Counted from the first letter of the stretch, positions 1 to 7,763 are shown. The stretch is 47,586 nucleotides of DNA from a virus (IMGVR_UViG_3300048575_000449:1-47586), one strand, 5' to 3'. Notes: generated by a model not told the origin, from the letters alone. A program made the numbers and translations.

Positions 1-92
1 GCGATCAAAGTCTGGCACAAGGCAAGGGCGCCGAGAAGAACGGTGACACCAGGTCGCCCGCTAGAGCTTGCTGGTATGGTCGATGCCTCCCG

Positions 93-228
93 CGGAAACC
101 GCCGCCGCAGCCGGTCCAGTTGCAGCCCCGCCTGCTGCTATCCATAGAAAATCGCCTCAACAATCTCCGGTGCGGCCAACGTAGGCCTCATTTATCTTCT
201 CGGTGGCCGCAATCTCGGCAATAGTGGC
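93..228 (-). pseudogene. Degenerate 3' fragment paralogous to the 1307..1732 gene
   Basis: Minus-strand translation ATIAEIAATEKINEAYVGR/PEIVEAIFYG*QQAGLQLDRLRRRFP aligns with ATIREIANAEKINETYVGRVLRLTLLAPDIVEAILNGRQPAGLQLDGLMRRFP. It carries an internal frameshifting deletion and a TAG stop. Confidence 0.85.
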
Positions 229-329
229 GCGATGAGGTGATTGATACAGAAAGCGACCGCGCTTCAATGCGCGATCGCAGTGGTTGCGGTCGACCATTTC
301 TGGCGAGAGCCGGCTAGATAGGTTGCGAA

Positions 330-1310
330 ATGAAAGTCTTCATTGCCAACTTTGGTCGTGAAAACTACGAATGGCCTGAATGTCTGGCCCGCGGCACGAT
401 TGCAACGATGAACGATGTTGCGGTTCAAGGCTTCTGGGAGTCTGGAGACCGCGAAGCCTATATCCAAAACCGCATGAAAGAGACGACCGCGGCTGGAATT
501 GCTCCCACAAAGCCGGTGGCTTCTCGTTGGTTCAATTTGATGAGCATCATCGCTCAATCGAACGGTGACCTCTGGATTCACCGCGAGAAGGATCAGTTTT
601 GGTGGACAACATCCCGCGCCGATCCACCGATATTTGAACCTAAGCGCGAACCGGTCGGCGCCAAGCGCAACGTGATAATCTGTCACAAACCGTGTGACCC
701 GTGGTCGGATAAAAATCGGAAGGGCAACCGTCTTGACTGGAACGGTCTGCATCCAAGGGCACGAGAGTTCCTATTCACAGAGAGCACCCTCCAGCAGCTC
801 GGTGACGACAATGCGGATTATGCGCTTGCTCTAATCGACGGAGCCGACCTGTCTTCCTGGCATTCGCGAGCCGAATGGAAAGCGAAAGCTGAAAAGGCCC
901 GCGGAAAGCGCGGTGTTGTAACTATTTTCAATGCTAAGCAACGCGCCGCTGTGCGAATGGCTATGACCGCCAGAGATACCGTTGCAGCTGCGAACGGCCA
1001 GCAGGTTCTGCGAACGTTGAAGAACAAAGAACTTCGGTTCGCATCGCAACAGGAGCTCGAAAAGTATCTAGTCGATCTCCTTGAACTGCAGGAAGGCCTA
1101 TGCGCAATCACTGGACTAACATTGCAATACGATGGCGAATACGAGGATGCCGAGATACTTTGTTCCCTTGATAGGATCGACAGCGAGGGACACTACGAGG
1201 CGGGGAACTTGCAGATTGTGTGTCGTTTCGTGAACCGATGGAAAGGAAGCAGCGACGATGACGGCTTCCGGCGTCTTATCCGTGTTGTGCGATCGATCGA
1301 GACGATCTAA
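330..1310 (+). CDS. Putative HNH/His-Me-finger endonuclease with an uncharacterised N-terminal domain (accessory, candidate defence)
   Basis: 326-aa ORF with C-terminal CAITG...SLDRIDSEGHYEAGNLQIVCRFVNRWK, a beta-beta-alpha-Me-like motif. More AT-rich than the core phage genes and convergent with the recombinase operon. Confidence 0.7.
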   Translation: MKVFIANFGRENYEWPECLARGTIATMNDVAVQGFWESGDREAYIQNRMKETTAAGIAPTKPVASRWFNLMSIIAQSNGDLWIHREKDQFWWTTSRADPPIFEPKREPVGAKRNVIICHKPCDPWSDKNRKGNRLDWNGLHPRAREFLFTESTLQQLGDDNADYALALIDGADLSSWHSRAEWKAKAEKARGKRGVVTIFNAKQRAAVRMAMTARDTVAAANGQQVLRTLKNKELRFASQQELEKYLVDLLELQEGLCAITGLTLQYDGEYEDAEILCSLDRIDSEGHYEAGNLQIVCRFVNRWKGSSDDDGFRRLIRVVRSIETI

Positions 1311-1732
1311 CGAACGACGACCCGAGCGAAAACATCCGCCCGCTGGTCCCGCCACCCCACCGGAAATCGTCTCATCAGCCCATCCAACTGCAATCCCGCC
1401 GGCTGTCGTCCGTTGAGGATCGCCTCAACAATGTCCGGCGCCAGCAGCGTCAGCCGCAGCACGCGGCCGACATATGTTTCGTTGATCTTTTCGGCGTTGG
1501 CAATCTCGCGAATGGTAGCGTATTCGCCGCTCTCCAACATGTCGCGCCAACGGAACGCCCGGGCGATTGCCTTGACCATGGCGTTGTCGACACGCCGGGT
1601 AACGGGCGCGGCGGTCACTTCGGCACCGTCAGGCGCTAGCACCAGTTTCCGCCCGCCGCGCCTGCGGATCGCGATCGGCACACGCACGGTGAAAGTGCGG
1701 GCGTCGCGAGCAACGCCTGTCCCGCCCATCAC
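1307..1732 (-). CDS. Conserved hypothetical HTH-like protein downstream of the serine recombinase
   Basis: 141-aa ORF whose start overlaps the recombinase stop by 4 nt; HTH-like segment YATIREIANAEKINETYVGRVLRL. Confidence 0.8.
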   Translation of the reverse strand: MMGGTGVARDARTFTVRVPIAIRRRGGRKLVLAPDGAEVTAAPVTRRVDNAMVKAIARAFRWRDMLESGEYATIREIANAEKINETYVGRVLRLTLLAPDIVEAILNGRQPAGLQLDGLMRRFPVGWRDQRADVFARVVVR

Positions 1733-3039
1733 GCCGCCCTCCGCTCTGGTCGCACAGAGCGTAAATCGGCGACCAGGTTCGTCAGCCCCTCGGTTCGCAA
1801 CCGGATATCGGCGCCGTCGGGGCTGACATCGACCCGCTCCACGAGCAATTGCACGATCCGTGCCTGCTCAGCCGGGAATAGTTCGTCCCAGAGCGGATCG
1901 AGCTGTTGCAGCGCCTCCCGCACGTGGGCCTCCGAGATGTCGCCCATCGATTTCGCCGCGCGCCATGTGCGCACGATAATCTCAGGGGCCCGCAGCAAGC
2001 CGCGCAACTGGTCGACGACCGCGCTCTCGATCTCGGCCGCCGGAACGCGCCGCACCGTACAGGAGTCGGCATCACGCTTGAGCACATCGGTGGACACGTA
2101 ATAGCGATAGAGCTTGCCCCCTTTCCTGGTGTGCGAGGGCGTCATTGCTCGGCCGGTCGGCCCAAAAATCAGCCCCTTCAGCAACGCGGGCGTCTGCGCC
2201 CGCGTGCGAGCGGCGCGCTGGCGCGGACTGTCGGCCAGGATGCTGTGGACCTTGTCCCACAGCGCCTGACTGATGACCGCTTCATGCTCGCCGGGATAAG
2301 CCGTGCCCTTGTGCACGGCCAGTCCGATGTAGGTGCGGTTGTTCAGGAGCTTATAGATGTAGCCCTTGTCGACGAGCTTGCCGTATTTGCCCGTGACACC
2401 CTCGGCGCGCAGCGTGCGCACCAGCGTGGTGGCGGAGCCAATCTTGATGAACCGCTCAAAGATCATTCGGACCTTCCGAGCGTCGGCTTGGTTCACGATT
2501 AGCTTGCGGTCCTTGACGTCGTAGCCGAGCGGGACGAACCCGCCCATCCACATGCCCTTCTTGCGGGAAGCTGCGAACTTATCGCGGATGCGTTCGCCGA
2601 TGACCTCGCGCTCGAACTGTGCGAAGGAGAGCAGGATATTGAGCGTCAACCGTCCCATCGAGGTCGTGGTGTTGAATGACTGCGTGACGCTGACGAAGGT
2701 GACACTGTTGCGGTCGAACACCTCGACCAGTTTTGCGAAATCCATCAGGGCGCGGCTGAGCCGATCGATTTTGTAAACGACGACCACGTCAACCCGGTGC
2801 GCCTCGATGTCGGCAAGCAAGCGCTGCAGCGCCGGACGCTCCAGGGTCGCGCCCGAGATGCCGCCGTCATCATAGCGGTCAGGCACCAGCAGCCAGCCTT
2901 CCGTTTTCTGGCTGGCGATGTACGCCTCGCAGGACTCGCGCTGGGCGTCGAGCGAGTTGAACTCCTGCTCCAGGCCCTCTTCGCTGGACTTGCGGGTGTA
3001 GACCGCGCAACGGAGTTTGCGGACGATCGGCTTTTTCAT
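1729..3039 (-). CDS. Large serine recombinase (integrase)
   Basis: N-terminal resolvase motifs YTRKS (catalytic Ser), RPALQRLL, VYKIDRLSR and SFAQFEREVIGER, followed by a recombinase domain (PLGY...LLNNRTYIG...HEAVIS) and LLKGLIF...YRYYVS. Confidence 0.95.
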   Translation of the reverse strand: MKKPIVRKLRCAVYTRKSSEEGLEQEFNSLDAQRESCEAYIASQKTEGWLLVPDRYDDGGISGATLERPALQRLLADIEAHRVDVVVVYKIDRLSRALMDFAKLVEVFDRNSVTFVSVTQSFNTTTSMGRLTLNILLSFAQFEREVIGERIRDKFAASRKKGMWMGGFVPLGYDVKDRKLIVNQADARKVRMIFERFIKIGSATTLVRTLRAEGVTGKYGKLVDKGYIYKLLNNRTYIGLAVHKGTAYPGEHEAVISQALWDKVHSILADSPRQRAARTRAQTPALLKGLIFGPTGRAMTPSHTRKGGKLYRYYVSTDVLKRDADSCTVRRVPAAEIESAVVDQLRGLLRAPEIIVRTWRAAKSMGDISEAHVREALQQLDPLWDELFPAEQARIVQLLVERVDVSPDGADIRLRTEGLTNLVADLRSVRPERRAA

Positions 3040-3482
3040 GACGGTGTCCGCCGATTTTTCAGGCCAAAAAAGAGGAGCCCGTTCCAGCGCGTGCCGGTGA
3101 TCGCGCGCGCAATCGCGGACAGCGATTTGTACGGCCGGCCCTGATATTCGAAATCTTCATCGCGCACCGTCACGCAGTGCTCCACGCCCTCATATTCGCG
3201 AATGAGCCGCGTGCCGGCGATCGGCCGATCCTTCGCCGGCTGCCGGCGCCGCGCCGGATCGCCACCGTCGAGGTCCTCGGCGAGATCGCGGAGCCGCTGC
3301 AGGGTTTCGGGCTTCAGCCCGCCGTACGCCAGCTCCTGGATCCGGTAGGCCAGCCGATGTTCGAGGAAGCGCCGGTTATAGGGCGGCGGTTCGCGCTCGA
3401 ACAGGTCGCGCCACTTCTGCTTGAGGGCCGCGATCGGCGCGGTTTTCAGAGCCGCCACTTGGGCCAGTACGGTATCAGCCAT
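3036..3482 (-). CDS. DUF2924-family protein
   Basis: LAYRIQELAYGGL...GTRLIREYEG...YKSLSAIARAITGTRWNG motif. Start placed at MADTV; ATGA overlap with the recombinase start. Confidence 0.85.
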   Translation of the reverse strand: MADTVLAQVAALKTAPIAALKQKWRDLFEREPPPYNRRFLEHRLAYRIQELAYGGLKPETLQRLRDLAEDLDGGDPARRRQPAKDRPIAGTRLIREYEGVEHCVTVRDEDFEYQGRPYKSLSAIARAITGTRWNGLLFFGLKNRRTPS

Positions 3483-3735
3483 CCGACGTTCTCCAACCCA
3501 CGGAAGTGGTCGGATGACTGCGTTGGTCGGGCGAGAAGTCGACCGAACTTTCTCCACGGTCGGGAGATAAATAACTGGACTTACGGGCCCGGAGGCGGAT
3601 GACGCCGCGAGCAAGAATGTCGGCGAGTTCCGCCAGCCGCTCGTCCGGCGTCATCCGCCCCGGATTAAGCGCGTTGGGGCCGGCACGAATTTCCAAGACC
3701 GCGCTCACTTGGCCGGAGTGGAGAGCGTTGGGCAT
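3475..3735 (-). CDS. Small hypothetical protein, first gene of the recombinase operon
   Basis: 86 aa (MPNALH...PNALNPGRMTPDERLAELADILARGVIRL); overlaps the DUF2924 start; lies just downstream of the promoter-like motif at 3770-3801. Confidence 0.65.
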   Translation of the reverse strand: MPNALHSGQVSAVLEIRAGPNALNPGRMTPDERLAELADILARGVIRLRARKSSYLSPDRGESSVDFSPDQRSHPTTSVGWRTSDG

Positions 3736-3769
3736 CGCGGTTCGGGGGCGTTCGGGTCCATCACCCTCT

Positions 3770-3801
3770 AAAAGCGGGTTTTCCCGGCAAAATGGGACAT
3801 C
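3770..3801 (-). promoter_or_regulatory. Putative phage-sigma promoter GATGTCCC-N18-GCTTTT driving the recombinase operon
   Basis: Same two elements and same 18-nt spacer as the motif at 7683-7714 on the + strand. Confidence 0.65.
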
Positions 3802-3840
3802 CACAGGGTTTTTCCCGTTTGAGGATAATTCCCGATTGAC

Positions 3841-3871
3841 TTGCAACCGGCTCTTTGTTCTCTTTACGTTC
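3841..3871 (+). promoter_or_regulatory. Sigma70-like promoter (TTGCAA-N18-TACGTT) overlapped by an alphaproteobacterial LexA box GTTC-N7-GTTC
   Basis: GTTCTCTTTACGTTC at 3857-3871 matches the known alphaproteobacterial SOS box and covers the putative -10 element. Confidence 0.75.
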
Positions 3872-3995
3872 CAATCGGTCCGGAAAGGCGATGGTGCGTT
3901 GCGGCGCGCACTCCCGGATGCGGCCTGAAGCATCCGGTCTGCTGCGCCGAGCGATGGCGCGTTCCCTCGATTCCGGGGATGGGGGATGACGCGCC

Positions 3996-4295
3996 ATGGC
4001 ATTTCGCCTGAAGAGGTTCTGCGGCCTCGAGTTCCTTCAGTGGATTGACAAGCACGGCCCGCTCGCTCAGCCGCTTGCGCGACATCGAGCGCATTTCACA
4101 GGCATGAGCACGCGCACCGGCAAGCTCGCCAATGACAATGCCATCGCGGGCGCTGCTCGCCTCTTCATCCAGACCCGTGAATCTTGCCCGGCCAACTCTT
4201 CGAGGCGCTCCACCACGTCGATACGCCGAGCGATCGCGATGGCGAGGCGGCGGAACGGTTCGCCAACCAAGCTCGCCGCGCAGTGGAATCAATAG
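3996..4295 (+). pseudogene. Short or frameshifted ORF upstream of the large regulator (remnant, or a frameshifted N-terminus)
   Basis: ATG at 3996 with a GGGGGA SD-like sequence. A one-base shift near 4185-4190 would join it to the open frame that continues into 4322..6529. Confidence 0.45.
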
Positions 4296-4321
4296 AGAAT
4301 GGGTCTTGCACAGGTAATTCA

Positions 4322-6529
4322 ATGGCGCGCATAGCTCTCCAGATCGGCCCTTCCACCCTAAGTTTAATCGAAGATGCGCCCGTCGAACTTGCTCGCGCTG
4401 TACTCCGTCTGCGGGAAAGCGATAACGAGCCGGATTTCGGCCTGCCAGAGTCGACAGACGAACAAATCGACGATGATCCCCGGCAGCAAATCCTCGATGC
4501 GCTCGGCAAATTCGACCAAGAGAATTTGTCCCCTCTCGAACGGCGCTGCCGTGGAATTCGAATGCTGGCGGAGGGCAAGGGTGTCTCATCAATCGATACG
4601 ATTGCCAAACAGCGCCTAGCCGACGATCAGTATACAAATTACCTGACTCAACCCGACCCGCTGTGCAGGAGCATATGGGTCTATCTCAATTTCAGGCACG
4701 TTTTCGAGGATGCAGAAAGTTTCTATTTCGCGCGCCAGTATCGAGACTACGGCAAGATGTACGATGCCTTCGAGGTTGAACTCGAAAAAGCGGTCGCCCT
4801 CGACGCCGCCTCGATCGACGAGACCGCGCTTGCGGCCAGGATCACGAAGGCCCTCGAACTGAAGACGACCTGTACCGTGAAGGCGCTCGATCTGCCCGCT
4901 ACCGGCACACACCCTGCCTCTATTATGCTGATTGTCCGGCACCGCGGACCGCTTTCGAGCGTCTACGATCTCCGCGACGATGGACGCAAGGGCACGATCT
5001 ATTATCGGCCGCCCAACGAAGCGACGCTGATCTACACGCCGTCGATCCGTCAGATCGAAGTCTGCGCGGACAGCCCGTTCGTCCGCCAGAAGGTCGGCGG
5101 CTCCTTCGCAGAGGTCGCGCTGGGCCATGATGTTTCGAAGAAGCCCCTCGCCTGGAAACGCTACAACCTCTCGCGTTTCCGCATGTCGCTCAGTCTGCCG
5201 CTGCCCTCGATCGATGGCTACGCCATTAGCCTTGCGCGAGTTCTCGAGGCCGAAATCCGCCTTGGCAACTGGAAGCGCAAATTGGGGCTCAAGGTCACCA
5301 TCGACGATGATATTGAAGAGATCGCGACCACATATCTGGGGCACGGCAATATTTTCAGGCGTGCGGATGGGTTCAGCCGCATCGGTATTGCCGTGGCCTA
5401 CAGCAGGGCCGGTGACGACAGGGAACGAACGCTCAACATCACTGTATCGGGCAGCAAGAGCTGCAATCTCCAGAGCAACAAGGATCCGGAAGAGCGCAGC
5501 CTCGGCTATGCGCTCCTGACCGCATGGGGAATCCTGAGCGCCTTCCGCCAAATCGAAAATGGCGCCCTGCGGGCGATGTTCCCGCAGCTGGTCGAGCTCT
5601 ATGACCGCGTGGAGAACGAGGTGAGTGGCGCATATCTTCGCGAACTCGGGCTGGACCCCGCCCGCCTGATCGAGGGCGGCCTGCTTGAGCGCCGCGGCCG
5701 GCAGGACGTCGTTCTGATCGAGGCCGACGACATGAATGGCGAGATCACCGTCAAACCATCATCGACAGCGGGCATGGTCCGAACGGTCGGTCCGTTCGGC
5801 GAAGACGGGGGCGAACGGCCAGCGTCGGATCTCGAGCTGTACGAGATCAACCGGCAATGGCTGCACGAAACCGTACTGCGGCTGATGAACCGTTTGTTGG
5901 CCAAGCGCGTCAGCCAGATTCTCGGTCCCGACCTCACGCTTCTCGGTGCGATGCAGATCGATGACGCCGAGGTCCCGGTGTATTTCGCGCGGCGCCTCGA
6001 CGATCTGAACGTTATCGACAAGCTCGATCTGGCGCTCCGCGCCCGCAACAACGTGGGCGCGGGCATCGTCCTGGCCGCGAGCGCAGAAATGCCGGCCTGC
6101 CTCGGGCCGAACATCGTCGTGTCTTTGCTATCGAACGTGTCGACGGAGGGCGACGAGTTCGTTCTTTCGCGCGACGGTCTCGAAATCGCCTTCCGTTCCG
6201 GACGTACCCTCGCCTTGGGCGGATCAACACCTCAGGTCCTCAAATCCGGGAACCAGTCCGCGACCCTGCACATCCCTGGCAGGCCATCGTTGGCCATCCT
6301 CGGGGCAAACCAGATCAAGATCTTCGAACGGCTGGTTGCCGCCTACAAGGCGGGAAGCCCCGATGTGAAAGCCTCGGCGCTTACTGAGGGTTCTGATGTT
6401 CGAAGCCCGCAACAGGCGTTCCGGGCCGAGACTTGGAAAAGTATCGTCGACGTATACATCGGCAAGGGCGCGAAACACGGATTCTGGCGTCTGATCGTTG
6501 ATGCGCTGCCATCAGACCCCGCCGTCTGA
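4322..6529 (+). CDS. Large hypothetical protein with a probable C-terminal winged-HTH (candidate transcriptional activator)
   Basis: Frame open from 4184; ATG at 4322 gives 735 aa. The C-terminus QIKIFERLVAAYKAGSPDVKASALTEGS...GKGAKHGFWRLIV resembles a wHTH with a terminal wing. The function is inference. Confidence 0.7.
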   Translation: MARIALQIGPSTLSLIEDAPVELARAVLRLRESDNEPDFGLPESTDEQIDDDPRQQILDALGKFDQENLSPLERRCRGIRMLAEGKGVSSIDTIAKQRLADDQYTNYLTQPDPLCRSIWVYLNFRHVFEDAESFYFARQYRDYGKMYDAFEVELEKAVALDAASIDETALAARITKALELKTTCTVKALDLPATGTHPASIMLIVRHRGPLSSVYDLRDDGRKGTIYYRPPNEATLIYTPSIRQIEVCADSPFVRQKVGGSFAEVALGHDVSKKPLAWKRYNLSRFRMSLSLPLPSIDGYAISLARVLEAEIRLGNWKRKLGLKVTIDDDIEEIATTYLGHGNIFRRADGFSRIGIAVAYSRAGDDRERTLNITVSGSKSCNLQSNKDPEERSLGYALLTAWGILSAFRQIENGALRAMFPQLVELYDRVENEVSGAYLRELGLDPARLIEGGLLERRGRQDVVLIEADDMNGEITVKPSSTAGMVRTVGPFGEDGGERPASDLELYEINRQWLHETVLRLMNRLLAKRVSQILGPDLTLLGAMQIDDAEVPVYFARRLDDLNVIDKLDLALRARNNVGAGIVLAASAEMPACLGPNIVVSLLSNVSTEGDEFVLSRDGLEIAFRSGRTLALGGSTPQVLKSGNQSATLHIPGRPSLAILGANQIKIFERLVAAYKAGSPDVKASALTEGSDVRSPQQAFRAETWKSIVDVYIGKGAKHGFWRLIVDALPSDPAV

Positions 6530-6565
6530 CATCGGTCTAACATCTCTCGGGGGACGGTCTAACAA
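6522..6565 (+). repeat. Three phased 11-bp direct repeats C(C/G)GTCT(G/A)ACA(T/A)
   Basis: Copies start at 6522, 6533 and 6555 (spacing 11 and 22 bp), upstream of the Com-like gene. Confidence 0.7.
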
Positions 6566-6610
6566 TCCACTGATTACTGGAAGGGCTCCACTCATCAGAG
6601 GAGCACTTCG

Positions 6611-6856
6611 ATGCCGACTCCCTTCCCCTCGCGCCAGGCTGCCCCATCGAGCTGGACCGGCGCCGCGAAGACCAAGGCCACCACCTCGAATGCGGAATGG
6701 CGCTGCACGCGCTGTGACAAGCTGCTCGGCGTCGGCCAGGACGGCCGCATGCACCTGCGCTTTGCGCGGGGGCACGAGTACTTCGTTGGCTTTCCGGTCG
6801 TGGCGACCTGCCGTGGTTGCAAGACGCTGAACCAGGCGACCGCCCCTGTGCGCTGA
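6611..6856 (+). CDS. Mu Com-like zinc-ribbon protein
   Basis: WRCTRCDKLLG...ATCRGCKTLN has two CxxC pairs as in Mu Com; GAGGAG SD upstream. Confidence 0.7.
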   Translation: MPTPFPSRQAAPSSWTGAAKTKATTSNAEWRCTRCDKLLGVGQDGRMHLRFARGHEYFVGFPVVATCRGCKTLNQATAPVR

Positions 6857-6927
6857 GGCGCACCTCCACACCCATCCCCTGAAATCTCAGAGACGCGCGA
6901 CGTCCTGACCTGGCCACGAGAAGGCGC

Positions 6928-6956
6928 CGGACGCCTGGCCGCAAGGCAGGCGTCCG
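6928..6956 (+). promoter_or_regulatory. GC-rich GNRA-capped hairpin abutting the sigma-factor start codon
   Basis: CGGACGCCT-G-GCC-GCAA-GGC-AGGCGTCCG, immediately followed by ATG at 6957. Confidence 0.7.
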
Positions 6957-7679
6957 ATGTCTTTCGCGTGGCACGAGATCCGCGACCACCTCACGCAATC
7001 GTCCTCCACCCTCAGCTTCCAGCGCAGCTTCGCTGCGATCCGAGGTACCGAAAACCTCATCGCGCCGTTTCCCGATCCGGCTGCCGTGCTGGATGCGCTG
7101 CACCGGAAATTCGGCGGCCCTGATCAGAAGAACCTGATCCTAGCGACTCTGGTTATGACCGCGCAGTCTGATGGCCCCGCAGCCGACTGCGCAATGACCC
7201 TGATGCTGCTGGCGCTCTGGCCCGGGCTCGATGCCATCCGCCGGCGGTCGATCTGGCGCAAGCTCGGCGCTCCCGACGAGGTCACCTCCGACATCCTCGC
7301 ACGAACCACCGAGTCCATCCGCGGTCTCGATCTGCGGCGGGTCAACTGGATCGCTGCTACCGTCCTCAGAAATGTCGAACGCGACTTGCTGCGCGCGCAT
7401 CAGCGCGAAGCTGATCGGCAGAGCGTTGTCAGCGACACCGACCCCGATGAAGTCGCGGACGACCATGACGCGCCGGACCCGGTGCTCAGTCACGCGCGGC
7501 TGCACGGCGACATCCGCCAACTGATCGGCACCGATGCGACGCTTGTGATCCGCGTAGCGGTCGAGGGGTTCTCGCAAGCCGAGGTCGCCATTGAAATCGG
7601 CTTGTCCGAGGCCGCGGCCCGCAAGCGCTACCAACGCGCCACGAGAAGACTGCGGGACTTCCTCCACGAACACGTCTGA
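6957..7679 (+). CDS. Sigma-70/ECF-like RNA polymerase sigma factor
   Basis: Region-4-like HTH VAVEGFSQAEVAIEIGLSEAAARKRYQRATRRLR and a region-2-like segment WIAATVLRNVERDL. Confidence 0.75.
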   Translation: MSFAWHEIRDHLTQSSSTLSFQRSFAAIRGTENLIAPFPDPAAVLDALHRKFGGPDQKNLILATLVMTAQSDGPAADCAMTLMLLALWPGLDAIRRRSIWRKLGAPDEVTSDILARTTESIRGLDLRRVNWIAATVLRNVERDLLRAHQREADRQSVVSDTDPDEVADDHDAPDPVLSHARLHGDIRQLIGTDATLVIRVAVEGFSQAEVAIEIGLSEAAARKRYQRATRRLRDFLHEHV

Positions 7680-7682
7680 CCC

Positions 7683-7714
7683 GATGTCCCGATCCGGATG
7701 GCGGGGTGGCTTTT
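7683..7714 (+). promoter_or_regulatory. Putative phage-sigma promoter GATGTCCC-N18-GCTTTT driving the replication operon
   Basis: Directly after the sigma gene and 50 nt before the first replication-operon ATG; twin of the motif at 3770-3801. Confidence 0.65.
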
Positions 7715-7763
7715 CCCGTTCAGACACCGCCGCGCGTCTCAATTCAACCGAAGGCCGACACGC

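Noticed and set aside
1-330. attL or prophage boundary
   Set aside because: No matching core repeat could be found at the other end of the window, and serine-integrase sites share too little identity to call by eye.
3740-3753. Second LexA box
   Set aside because: The spacing is GTTC-N6-GTTC with a G-rich spacer, which does not fit the N7 consensus.
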